A stretch of DNA of 63,962 nt from an uncultured Akkermansia sp. GTDB taxonomy: Bacteria; Verrucomicrobiota; Verrucomicrobiia; Verrucomicrobiales; Akkermansiaceae. Within the stretch, counting starts at the first letter, position 1, and each line of letters begins with the position of its first letter. The stretch is taken from NCBI GenBank assembly GCA_964370895.1, contig CAYJLR010000001.1, positions 1 through 63,962 of the forward strand, read 5' to 3'. This document shows, in pieces, positions 48,555 to 60,892 of this stretch. A program made the translations under genes and the position numbers. The notes under the pieces are model-generated. The model ran no database searches, was not told where the DNA came from, and saw nothing but the letters and a program-made list of their open reading frames with translations.

Positions 48555-50438
48555 ATGACAGCTCCTGAGTCTCAGACTATCCACCTCATGGGGGATGTAC
48601 TCGCAAGCCAAGTAGCGGCTGGCGAAGTAGTAGAACGCCCGGCTTCTGTCATCAAAGAGCTCGTCGAGAATAGCCTCGACGCCGGGGCGACACAGGTGAA
48701 GGTAGATATCGAGCGCGGTGGTATAGCTCTCATGCGTGTGACTGATGATGGCTGCGGCATGAGTCATGAGGATGCTCAGATGTGCCTACTGCGCCATGCT
48801 ACGAGTAAGATTCGCGATTTTTCTGATCTTTTTGATATTAAGAAATTGGGATTCCGTGGTGAGGCGCTTCCTAGCATAGCCTCTGTCTCTCAGCTTAGTA
48901 TTACGACGCGTCGTTCACATGATGTAGAAGGCACAGAGCTCAAGGTCATGGGTGGCGAGGCTAGCGAGCCGCGTCAGGCAGGCTGTGCTCCTGGTACATG
49001 CATCGAAGTCGCGGAACTCTTCTATAACACCCCCGTACGACGTAAGTTCTTAAAGAAAGACGACACAGAAGCCGCGCATATAGAACATCAGCTCATGCTG
49101 CATGCGCTCGTGTATCCTGAGGTACGTTTCATCTTCACGAAGCAGGGGCAGACGGTGTTTGACACGGCTGCGACGAAGGATCTGCGCCAGCGCATTGCTG
49201 ATTTCATGGGAAGAGAGCTCGCCCGTGAGCTCATTGAAATGGAAGTCACACAGGCTGCTGGCGTGAGTGTCTCTGGCTACCTCCTACCGTTGAGTGCTGC
49301 AAAACGCAATAGGCGCATGCAGTATATCTTCCTTAATGGTCGCCCTATTGAAGATAAGATGCTCAATCGCGCCATAAGGGACGGCTTCGGTGGGCTTCCT
49401 ACGGGGCTACATCCAGCAATATTTCTTTATATTAAGATGGATCCCGCACTTGTAGATGTCAATGTGCACCCAGCGAAGAAGGAAGTACGCTTCCGTCGCA
49501 TGAATGACCTCTGTCATGCCATCATCGAATCCATACGTGTCAGTCTCGCCCATCATGCTCGCCAGCGTGAGGAGCAGACAAGCGTAAAAGTGCCCGAGCT
49601 CACGCCTACATCCTCTAGTACTCCCGTGGTGACTTCTGGGCTGCGCTCCCCTCTTCTCTCTCGTCTCACTCCTATCGCTCCACGCGAGCGACAAAGAGAG
49701 CTTCCAATCACACCTCCACAGGAGGAGCGGGAGGAAAAGAAAGTAACAGCACCATCTGAAGATATAGCCGTGAGTGATAGCTTGAGCGCTATTCCTCTCT
49801 CTGCCCCTGCGAAGGTCACTACCTACCCTGCCATCAATCAGCAGGTGATGACGGAGGTGCCGAACTTCCGCCACATCGGGCAGCTCGATGAGAACTATAT
49901 TCTCTTTCAGGGGAAGGAAGGACTCGTTATGCTCTCACCTCGCGCGGCACGCGAGCGATTGATATTTGAGCGACTGCTCATAGCGAAGAAGCGCCCTATC
50001 CCTTCACAGCGACTTCTCTTGCCAGTCATTATTGAGATTGATGCGCGTGACATGGGGCATACCGAGGAGCTCATACCACAGTTGAAGCAGGCTGGCTTCA
50101 GCCTTTCCATTTTCGGGCAGCGATCTCTGCGCATAGAAAGCTTACCGAGCATGCTGAGTATAGATGAGTTGGAGAGCTTCATTCTTAACTTGCTTGAATG
50201 CTTTAGTTCGCGCGGGGAGGTGCGCCTTGCTCGATCACGTAATCCCTACGAGACCTTTATCGCAAGACTCGCATCGGAGTATGCGCAGCAGGAAAGCATC
50301 CTTCCCTTTTTCTCAGCACCTCATCAGCTACTCGCAGACCTTCTCTGCTGTGAGATCCCCTACTGCACGCCTTCGGGGAAACCCACACTCGTGCCTATTT
50401 CACTGAATGAAATACAGCGAAAGTTCCAATCTCGCTGA
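48555..50438 (+). CDS. mutL: DNA mismatch repair protein MutL
   Basis: AAGEVVERPAS, ENSLDAGA, HATSK, GFRGEAL, DVNVHPAKKEVRF. Confidence 0.96.
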   Translation: MTAPESQTIHLMGDVLASQVAAGEVVERPASVIKELVENSLDAGATQVKVDIERGGIALMRVTDDGCGMSHEDAQMCLLRHATSKIRDFSDLFDIKKLGFRGEALPSIASVSQLSITTRRSHDVEGTELKVMGGEASEPRQAGCAPGTCIEVAELFYNTPVRRKFLKKDDTEAAHIEHQLMLHALVYPEVRFIFTKQGQTVFDTAATKDLRQRIADFMGRELARELIEMEVTQAAGVSVSGYLLPLSAAKRNRRMQYIFLNGRPIEDKMLNRAIRDGFGGLPTGLHPAIFLYIKMDPALVDVNVHPAKKEVRFRRMNDLCHAIIESIRVSLAHHARQREEQTSVKVPELTPTSSSTPVVTSGLRSPLLSRLTPIAPRERQRELPITPPQEEREEKKVTAPSEDIAVSDSLSAIPLSAPAKVTTYPAINQQVMTEVPNFRHIGQLDENYILFQGKEGLVMLSPRAARERLIFERLLIAKKRPIPSQRLLLPVIIEIDARDMGHTEELIPQLKQAGFSLSIFGQRSLRIESLPSMLSIDELESFILNLLECFSSRGEVRLARSRNPYETFIARLASEYAQQESILPFFSAPHQLLADLLCCEIPYCTPSGKPTLVPISLNEIQRKFQSR

Positions 50439-50456
50439 TGCATCACTAATTTCCTC

Positions 50457-50484
50457 TTGACGTCAGGAAGATTATTTGTATAAT
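50457..50484 (+). promoter_or_regulatory. trp operon promoter
   Basis: TTGACG-16-TATAAT upstream of the leader ORF. Confidence 0.75.
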
Positions 50485-50502
50485 CTACTTCAGTTACACG
50501 AC

Positions 50503-50592
50503 ATGAACAATTATTCCCCTATTCAGATGAATACACTAACATACGCAGCGGAGGCCTGGGCTTGGCGCAGCTATGATATTTATCTACACTAA
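50503..50592 (+). CDS. trpL: Trp operon leader peptide (29 aa; not in ORF track)
   Basis: MNNYSPIQMNTLTYAAEAWAWRSYDIYLH, with two TGG codons, located between the promoter and the terminator ahead of trpE. Confidence 0.8.
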   Translation: MNNYSPIQMNTLTYAAEAWAWRSYDIYLH

Positions 50593-50645
50593 GGGAAGCA
50601 CTTTGTGTCGTCAGCGTATGCACGTTAAGACTCATCAATTTTTAT

Positions 50646-50687
50646 AACGCTCTAGCTTCCTGATAAGCTCGAGCGTTTCTTTATTTT
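50646..50687 (+). terminator. Attenuator terminator of the trp leader
   Basis: AACGCTCTAGCTT/AAGCTCGAGCGTT stem (1 mismatch) followed by TCTTTATTTT, before trpE. Confidence 0.8.
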
Positions 50688-50715
50688 AAACATCACACCA
50701 TATCATCCACAAATC

Positions 50716-52113
50716 ATGAAAATCATCCTCCAGCAGCAATGTAGGCTACTCCCCGAAGGCGACACTCAGACGCCTATCCGCCTGTTTATGCAGATCTCCC
50801 AGCAGAATCCCCACGCTATCCTCTTAGAAAGTGCTGAGGTAGACGGTCGCTGGGGACGCTATAGCATCATTGCCACGGACTTCATCGCGGAATTCGCATG
50901 CAAGGAAGGCAAGCTTAGTCTCCGTACAGAGCATCCCGAGCTGCAAGGATTAAAAGATCTGGACGGTCAGCCCTACATGACTGCCATGCATGGTCTGCTC
51001 GCAGCTCTAGAAATCCAGACAGATGATCCAGCAGCCCCACCTCTAACGCGCGCTATTTATGGGTACTGGGGGTATGAAATGGCGGCTATTTTCCAGCCGA
51101 AACTCGCGAATACTATTTCTGTTAACGATGCAGAGAGTCATCTCGTCCTCCCGTCTACCTTGCTCGTGTTTGACCATCTCTACAACAAGCTTTACCAGCT
51201 GAGTATAGGTGAGCATCGCGATATGAGCGCTCTAGTAGACAGTCCTCAGATGAGCTATGAGTCACTCAAAATAGGTGACACGATGCGCTCGCCGAATGAG
51301 GAGCAGTACAAGCAGGGTGTCGAGCAGGTGCGCCAGCTTCTGCACGAGGGCGAGGCTATTCAGGTCGTAGGATCGACACAGTGTAGCGCTACCTTTGAGG
51401 GGGATAGCTTCGTGCTCTACCGACGTATGCGTGGGATTAACCCCTCGCCCTATATGTTCTACATGCGCTTTGAGAACATGGAGCTTTTTGGGGCTTCTCC
51501 AGAGGTCATGGTGAGCTGCTCGAATAATAAGCTGCTGCTCTCCCCCATCGCAGGTACGCGCCGTCGTGGTAAGGATGCAGCAGAAGATGAAGCTCTCGCG
51601 AGTGACATGCTCGCAGATCCTAAGGAATGCGCAGAACATATCATGCTTGTCGATCTTGGTCGCAATGACCTCGGACGTGTAGCTCAGGGCGGTAGTGTAG
51701 AGGTGGAGCGATTGATGAGTGTGGAGAAGTTCTCTCACGTCATGCACATGACAAGCCGTGTCACAGCCCAGCTCTCTGAGGGACTCGATGCCCTCGACGT
51801 CTTGGCTAATACCTTCCCTGCTGGCACCGTGAGTGGTGCTCCAAAAGTGCGCGCCATGGAGATCATCCACAGCATAGAGAATAATCCCCGTGGTCCATAC
51901 GCTGGCTGTATAGGGTGGATGAGCCTTGATAAGGATGCTGTGCATCTGAACACAGGTATCACCATCCGCTCCATGTGGCATCGAGATGGTAAGCTATACT
52001 GGCAGATGGGCGCTGGTCTCGTCTACGATTCCAACCCCGATGCCGAGTGGATGGAGTGCCGTAACAAGGGACGTATCATCGATACCATTCTGGGTAGAAA
52101 TGATATTGCATGA
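50716..52113 (+). CDS. trpE: Anthranilate synthase component I
   Basis: LLESA..GRYS, NPSPYMF, PIAGTR, EHIMLVDLGRND, FPAGTVSGAPK. Confidence 0.95.
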   Translation: MKIILQQQCRLLPEGDTQTPIRLFMQISQQNPHAILLESAEVDGRWGRYSIIATDFIAEFACKEGKLSLRTEHPELQGLKDLDGQPYMTAMHGLLAALEIQTDDPAAPPLTRAIYGYWGYEMAAIFQPKLANTISVNDAESHLVLPSTLLVFDHLYNKLYQLSIGEHRDMSALVDSPQMSYESLKIGDTMRSPNEEQYKQGVEQVRQLLHEGEAIQVVGSTQCSATFEGDSFVLYRRMRGINPSPYMFYMRFENMELFGASPEVMVSCSNNKLLLSPIAGTRRRGKDAAEDEALASDMLADPKECAEHIMLVDLGRNDLGRVAQGGSVEVERLMSVEKFSHVMHMTSRVTAQLSEGLDALDVLANTFPAGTVSGAPKVRAMEIIHSIENNPRGPYAGCIGWMSLDKDAVHLNTGITIRSMWHRDGKLYWQMGAGLVYDSNPDAEWMECRNKGRIIDTILGRNDIA

Positions 52114-52189
52114 GCCACTTATTCACAATTTAAAAGATTTTACTCACAAATAAGCGAGACTTATTCACATAAAAATAAACTTATTCACT
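52114..52189. repeat. Tandem array of 4 TTA(T/C)TCAC(A) units, period 20-21 bp (DnaA-box-like)
   Basis: Cores start at 52118, 52139, 52160 and 52180, filling the trpE-trpGD spacer. Confidence 0.88.
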
Positions 52190-52200
52190 TTTTTAGTATC

Positions 52201-53802
52201 ATGTTCCTATTCATCGATAACTACGATTCCTTTTCCTATAACATCATTCAATACTTCCAACAGCTGGGTGAAACACCCACAATCGTATGCAATGATGATC
52301 CTCGTCTCCTTGAGCTCGCACAGAATCCTGATCTTGAGAAGGTAGTCATTTCACCCGGTCCAAGTAATCCAGAAAACGCAGGCTACTGCCTTGAGTTCCT
52401 CGATCGTCTTCCTCATCATATTCCGGTGCTGGGGGTCTGCTTAGGTATGCAGTGCCTCGGGCATCATGCTGGCTGCCCTGTCGTACGCGGTCCTCGAGTC
52501 ATGCATGGCAAGACCAGCGAGATCGAGCATGGAGGTACAGGCTTGTACAAGGGTATCAAGTCCCCCATGACCATCGGTCGCTACCACTCACTCGTCGTGA
52601 AGTGCGCGGACAATCATCCCATTCTCGACGTAACAGCGCGCGATGATGATGGTGAAGCCATGAGTATACGATTCAAGGACAGACCATGGGTAGGCGTTCA
52701 GTATCACCCTGAGTCCATCCTTACACAGCAAGGGATGGAACTACTTGCGAACTTCCCATCTGCTATCATCGGCACACACACGCGAGCGAAAAGTATCTCG
52801 CCATTGATTGACCAGCTAGCTGAACGAAAGGATCTCAACGATGAGCAGGCCGAGCTAGCCTTCGGAGCACTCATGGATGGTGAACTCACGCCAGCCCAAT
52901 CTGGAGCATTCCTCCTCACGCTGCGTAGCAAGGGCGAGACCAGCATAGAAATGGCTGCGGCTGTACGCTGTGCGCTCGAACGAGCTCTTCCTATCTCTGG
53001 CATAGCGGGTGACCATATCGATATCGTGGGCACAGGTGGTGATGGCAAGAAGAGCTTTAATTGCTCCACAGCTACAGCTCTTTACTTAGCCGCTCTAGGT
53101 TATCAGGTTCTTAAGCATGGCAATCGTGCTATTTCCTCTAGTTCTGGTTCTGGTGACGTATTGGAGCGATTAGGCTACGCGACGGCATCCGACGCTGCAG
53201 GCGTGCTGAATAATCTCAGACGCGACGGCTTCGCCTTTGCCTTCGCTCCTCACTTCCACCCCAGCTTTAAGAACATAGGACCTATTCGTAATGAACTGGG
53301 CGTGCGTACGCTTTTCAATCTTCTCGGTCCTCTGATTAACCCTAGCCGCCCCAGCCACATCCTTCTCGGTGTAGCGAAGCCTGAGCTGGTCGATACGACG
53401 GCAGATGTCTTAGCCCGTGGTAATTACAAGCGTGCGATGGTGCTCTGCGGCAGTGGTGGCTATGATGAGGCTACGGCCTTCGGGGTCACTCGCGTGAAGC
53501 TCATCGATGGTAATGAACTCAGTGAGTTCTATTTTAACCCTGCAGAGCATGGCTTCTCAGTGCCTGCTAGCGAAGATGAACTCATCGTGGAAACGAAGGA
53601 AGAGGCCTCTGATGTTCTGTATGATCTGCTGCATGGACGAGGGAATCAAGCGATGCTAGACATGATAGCTATCAATCTAGCTCTCGCCATTCAGTTACTT
53701 GAACCTAGCTTCACAATGGAGCAATGTGTCGCTAAGGCGCGCAGTGCTGTGAGCTCAGGTGTGGCAGCTCGCGTCATTGCACACTGGAATAATCAAGCTT
53801 AA
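52201..53802 (+). CDS. trpD: Fused anthranilate synthase component II / anthranilate phosphoribosyltransferase (TrpGD)
   Basis: GATase motifs IDNYDSF, SPGP, GVCLG, QYHPES; PRT motifs VGTGGD, KHGNR, FNLLGPLINP. Confidence 0.94.
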   Translation: MFLFIDNYDSFSYNIIQYFQQLGETPTIVCNDDPRLLELAQNPDLEKVVISPGPSNPENAGYCLEFLDRLPHHIPVLGVCLGMQCLGHHAGCPVVRGPRVMHGKTSEIEHGGTGLYKGIKSPMTIGRYHSLVVKCADNHPILDVTARDDDGEAMSIRFKDRPWVGVQYHPESILTQQGMELLANFPSAIIGTHTRAKSISPLIDQLAERKDLNDEQAELAFGALMDGELTPAQSGAFLLTLRSKGETSIEMAAAVRCALERALPISGIAGDHIDIVGTGGDGKKSFNCSTATALYLAALGYQVLKHGNRAISSSSGSGDVLERLGYATASDAAGVLNNLRRDGFAFAFAPHFHPSFKNIGPIRNELGVRTLFNLLGPLINPSRPSHILLGVAKPELVDTTADVLARGNYKRAMVLCGSGGYDEATAFGVTRVKLIDGNELSEFYFNPAEHGFSVPASEDELIVETKEEASDVLYDLLHGRGNQAMLDMIAINLALAIQLLEPSFTMEQCVAKARSAVSSGVAARVIAHWNNQA

Positions 53803-53808
53803 GCTAGC

Positions 53809-54588
53809 ATGAATTTACAACGTTTTATCGACGCGAAGCAGGACGAGCTAGCACAGCTGCGTCAGTGCATGCCTGAGCCACTGAACATTCAGCGCCCTGA
53901 CTTTCTCAAGACTCTAATGTGCCCACCTCCTGCTGGTGAGCCTCTTCGTGTGATAGCAGAGTTCAAGAAGGCATCCCCTTCTGCAGGCTCTATCAATGAG
54001 GATGCAGCCGTAGGTGATGTGGCGAAGCAATACGCTCAAGGTGGTGCTAGCTGCATGAGTGTACTCACAGAAGAGCTCTACTTCAAGGGCTCTCTGAGTG
54101 ATCTTCAAGATGCGTCTACCGCTGATATCCCTACTCTTCGCAAGGATTTCATCTTTGATGACTTGCAGGTAAGACAGAGCTTTGCTAGCCCCTGCAGTGC
54201 CTTACTCCTCATCGTCGCCCTCACTCCCTGTGTAGACACGCTGCGCCGCTTACGCGAGCTAGCTGAGTCACAGGGAATACATGCCGTGGTGGAGATATTC
54301 AGTGAAGATGAGCTGAAACTCGCGAGAGCGTCAGGTGCTCGCATCATTCAGGTGAATGCTCGTAATCTCGAGACCTTCGAGACCGATAGAGAAGAGGGCC
54401 TGAAGCTCGCATCTCTACGTGAAGAGCATGAATGCTGGATAGCTGCCAGTGCGATGAGTGAGCCTGAGCATCTCGTAGAGGCGGCTCAGGCTGGTTATCA
54501 AGCTGCTCTCATAGGAACAGCGCTCATGCGCAGCGCAGCTCCTACAGCAGAGCTACAGCGCCTTCTTCGCAAGGATACATCCTTATGA
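53809..54588 (+). CDS. trpC: Indole-3-glycerol phosphate synthase
   Basis: IAEFKKASPS, SVLTE..F.GS, LRKDFI, VNARNL. Confidence 0.93.
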   Translation: MNLQRFIDAKQDELAQLRQCMPEPLNIQRPDFLKTLMCPPPAGEPLRVIAEFKKASPSAGSINEDAAVGDVAKQYAQGGASCMSVLTEELYFKGSLSDLQDASTADIPTLRKDFIFDDLQVRQSFASPCSALLLIVALTPCVDTLRRLRELAESQGIHAVVEIFSEDELKLARASGARIIQVNARNLETFETDREEGLKLASLREEHECWIAASAMSEPEHLVEAAQAGYQAALIGTALMRSAAPTAELQRLLRKDTSL

Positions 54589-55205
54589 ATCCCTTTATCA
54601 AGGTCTGCGGTCAGACGCACCAATCCTCCATCGATGCTGCCCTGAGCATGGGGGTGAATGCCGTCGGCTTCATCTTCCACCCAGCGAGCCCTCGCTCTGT
54701 CACCCCTGCTCGTGTGATAAACTTCCGCACGAGCCTCGCCAAGCGTTTCGGTGTCTTCGTGAAGCAAGATGCGCTTACTATCCGTAGTTATATGGATATT
54801 TGCAAGCTAGATTACGCACAACTACACGGTGCATATAGCATGGATGATGCTCTATCCATAGGCTCGCATCGAGTTGTACGTGTGCTATGGCCTGATCGAT
54901 TTAATTCACTAGATGCACTACAGTCCCATATCGATGAATGGCGCGATTACTGCGCCTACTACCTTATCGATGCTGGTATTGAAGGCGGAGGACATGGCAA
55001 GACACTAAAAAGCGAGAAGCTGGTGAAGAAGCTACGCTTCTCTCGACCATGGCTTCTCGCTGGTGGCTTAAATGCTACTAATGTCGCCCCTCTTCTCCAC
55101 TCGTTGAGACCTGATGGTCTCGATCTTAATAGTGGCTTAGAAATGGCAGCAGGGCTGAAGAGCAGCGTGAAGCTGCTCAACACCCTTCGAGCTATTTCTC
55201 TTTAA
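54585..55205 (+). CDS. trpF: Phosphoribosylanthranilate isomerase
   Basis: KVCG, GFIF..SPR, QLHG, LAGGL, SGLE. Confidence 0.92.
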   Translation: MNPFIKVCGQTHQSSIDAALSMGVNAVGFIFHPASPRSVTPARVINFRTSLAKRFGVFVKQDALTIRSYMDICKLDYAQLHGAYSMDDALSIGSHRVVRVLWPDRFNSLDALQSHIDEWRDYCAYYLIDAGIEGGGHGKTLKSEKLVKKLRFSRPWLLAGGLNATNVAPLLHSLRPDGLDLNSGLEMAAGLKSSVKLLNTLRAISL

Positions 55206-55212
55206 GAGTTTT

Positions 55213-58057
<2,845 letters not shown>

Positions 58058-58202
58058 AACTACTGCAGTATCTATAGCAGCTCAAGCATTGCAAGTCAAT
58101 ATAAAAACCTATCTACTCGAAATAGAGAATATGAGTGAAGCTATATAAATATTTTATATTCTGGGCTTGCTCTCAGCATGTGAACTATGCTAGCCTAACA
58201 GG

Positions 58203-60734
58203 ATGCGTCGATCTATTATCACAACTCCCCTCTTCTTGATCTTCAGCCCTCTGCTCCTCGCCTCTGAGTCTGGACTGATACTGCGCTATGATAAACCTGC
58301 AGCAGATAGCTACCAAGCTTGGCAGCATGAGAGCCTCCCTCTGGGCAATGGATCTCTTGGCGCTAGCATATTCGGTGGAGTGACACATGCACGCATCCAA
58401 CTCAATGAAAAATCCCTCTGGTCTGGAGGTCCCGCCAAGCAGCGCCCCGACTACCAAGGTGGTAATCTCCCTGAGCAGGGGCAGAATGGAGCGACACTAC
58501 GCCGCATTCAGGAGCTCTATAGAAAGGGGAAGAATAAAGAAGCTAGCGCCCTTTGTAACAGGCTCACAGGCCTAGCCGACGACACAGGCACGCGTGGCTA
58601 CGGCTACTACCTCAGCTATGGGAACATGCACGTGCACTTTACTGGCTTAGATGGAAAACCAGTAGAGCATTATCAGCGCAGTCTTGATCTAGATAGAGCG
58701 GTCGCCAGCGTGAGTTTTCAAATAGACGGGACACGTTACACGCGTGAGCACTTCATCAGTCACCCACATCAGGTCATCGTCACAAAGTTCACCACTGAGG
58801 GCGCGGCAAAACTCAATGGCACACTCAATATAGATCCTGATACAGAACGAGGATCTGGTGGAGGACCTGCCACAGAAGAATCTTATGGACGAGAATGGGT
58901 AAAGGCCGGAGATGAGAAGCATCTCTTAATCCTAGGTGAGTTAAAAGACAACCAATTACGCTTCGCCTCATCGACGCGCCTCTTACACGAAGGAGGCAGT
59001 CTCGAATATAAGGACGGGGAAGTACATTTCAAAGACGCCCAGCAGCTCATCGTCATCACAAGCATAGATACAGATTACAGAAACCAATACCCGCACTACC
59101 GCAGCGGTCAGTCTGCAGAAGATCTGTTGCTCAGCGTACAGCAGAATAGCGAAAAAGCTCTCAAGCTCGGCTACGATGCCCTCGTGAAGGCACACCTAGA
59201 AGACTACAGAGCCCTCTTCACCCGTGTGCGACTGGTATTAAGCAACGAATCATCCATCAATCAACCCTTAACGACTGACGCCCTCCTACAGGCCTGCAAG
59301 CAGAATACAGCCACGGACAGTCAGCGTCGCCAGCTAGAGACCCTACTCTTCCAGTACGGACGCTACCTTCTCATCGCCTCCTCACGTCACGAGCAAGATG
59401 AGAATCCTGATCAGCACCAGCTCCCTGCGAACTTACAAGGCATATGGGCAGCGGCGAATAATTCACCATGGCATGCGGATTACCACATGAATGTGAATCT
59501 CCAGATGAACTACTGGCCAGCCTACAGCACACAGCTCTCCGAGTGCGCGTCACCCCTGATCGACTATATACACTCACTACGCGAGCCCGGGCGCGTCACC
59601 GCAGCCGTGTATGCTGGCATACACAGCACAGAAGCGAAGCCCGAGCAGGGCTTCATCTCCCACACGCAGAATAATCCCTTCGGCTGGACATGCCCCGGCT
59701 GGAGCTTCGACTGGGGCTGGTCTACAGCTGCCCTTCCTTGGATACTGCAGAATTGCTGGGAAGCCTACGAATACGGTGAAGACGAGGAGCTGCTCCGACA
59801 GAAGATCTACCCTATGATGCGCGAAGCAGCACGCTACTTCGATCAGACGCTAACATTAGACGCAGAAGGGAAACTCGTTTCTAGCCCTGCCTATTCCCCT
59901 GAGCATGGTCCTCGCACCCACGGGAATACCTACGAGCACAGTCTTATCTGGCAGCTCTATGAAGACAGCATACGCGCTTCCACCATACTCGACACGGACG
60001 CAGATCTTAGAAAACTGTGGCGAGAGAAGCAAGCAGCTCTCAAAGGCCCTCTCGAAATAGGCACTGAGGGGCAGATCAAAGAATGGTACGAGGAAGAAAA
60101 GCTCAATGAATGGGGTGAAGGCAGAAACCATCGCCACATCTCCCACATGCTGGGGCTCTACCCCGGTGACCTCATCACGGCTGACACCCCCGAGTTCTTC
60201 AAGGCAGCCCACGTGTCCATGACTGCACGCACAGATGAGAGTACAGGCTGGGCCATGGGGCAGCGTATCAATAGCTGGGCGCGTCTCGGAGAAGGCGACA
60301 AGGCACATGAACTCATCAGCACCATGCTACGCATAGGAATACTGAAAAATCTCTGGGCGACACACCCTCCCTTCCAAATAGACGGTAACTTCGGACTCTG
60401 CGCTGGCGTGAGTGAGATGCTGCTACAGAGTCATCGTGATAACCTTATAGAGCTTCTCCCTGCCCTGCCTCAGGCGTGGAAGGAAGGCCGCGTCAGTGAA
60501 CTCATGGCACGAGGTAGAGTGAAAGTCGCCATGCGCTGGGCTGATGGTCAGTTAGTAGAGGCGCAGATTAGCCCTCATTTCAGCCGTGATATACAAGTAG
60601 AATTGCCCAGCGTAATGAAAATCACCCTTCACAATGTACAAGGGGAAGCTATCCCCTTCGAGCAGGTGAATCCCACGCGCATCCGCTTCAAGGGATGCGC
60701 GCAGGAGCGCTACAATATTAAAATGAAGCTCTAA
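58203..60734 (+). CDS. Alpha-1,2-L-fucosidase, GH95
   Basis: LPLGNG, FQYGRYLLIASS, NLQGIW, NVNLQMNYW, SPEHG, HRHISH, PFQIDGNFG. Promoter TTGCTC-18-TAGCCT lies 6 nt before the ATG. Confidence 0.94.
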   Translation: MRRSIITTPLFLIFSPLLLASESGLILRYDKPAADSYQAWQHESLPLGNGSLGASIFGGVTHARIQLNEKSLWSGGPAKQRPDYQGGNLPEQGQNGATLRRIQELYRKGKNKEASALCNRLTGLADDTGTRGYGYYLSYGNMHVHFTGLDGKPVEHYQRSLDLDRAVASVSFQIDGTRYTREHFISHPHQVIVTKFTTEGAAKLNGTLNIDPDTERGSGGGPATEESYGREWVKAGDEKHLLILGELKDNQLRFASSTRLLHEGGSLEYKDGEVHFKDAQQLIVITSIDTDYRNQYPHYRSGQSAEDLLLSVQQNSEKALKLGYDALVKAHLEDYRALFTRVRLVLSNESSINQPLTTDALLQACKQNTATDSQRRQLETLLFQYGRYLLIASSRHEQDENPDQHQLPANLQGIWAAANNSPWHADYHMNVNLQMNYWPAYSTQLSECASPLIDYIHSLREPGRVTAAVYAGIHSTEAKPEQGFISHTQNNPFGWTCPGWSFDWGWSTAALPWILQNCWEAYEYGEDEELLRQKIYPMMREAARYFDQTLTLDAEGKLVSSPAYSPEHGPRTHGNTYEHSLIWQLYEDSIRASTILDTDADLRKLWREKQAALKGPLEIGTEGQIKEWYEEEKLNEWGEGRNHRHISHMLGLYPGDLITADTPEFFKAAHVSMTARTDESTGWAMGQRINSWARLGEGDKAHELISTMLRIGILKNLWATHPPFQIDGNFGLCAGVSEMLLQSHRDNLIELLPALPQAWKEGRVSELMARGRVKVAMRWADGQLVEAQISPHFSRDIQVELPSVMKITLHNVQGEAIPFEQVNPTRIRFKGCAQERYNIKMKL

Positions 60735-60840
60735 ACCGAGTCCGAGCAGAATGGTGATCTCGTAAATGAGCGTAACAGCACGCCCTTTACTGCCATCTGG
60801 CTAGATGCCTTCTAGTGCAAAAGGCTGAATAAAAACCACT

Positions 60841-60876
60841 AAAAAGCGCGAAATCCCTTGAGATTTCGCGCTTTTT
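60841..60876. terminator. Bidirectional intrinsic terminator
   Basis: AAAAAGCGCGAAATC/GATTTCGCGCTTTTT between the convergent fucosidase genes. Confidence 0.9.
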
Positions 60877-60892
60877 GAATGTGTCTTGGATT

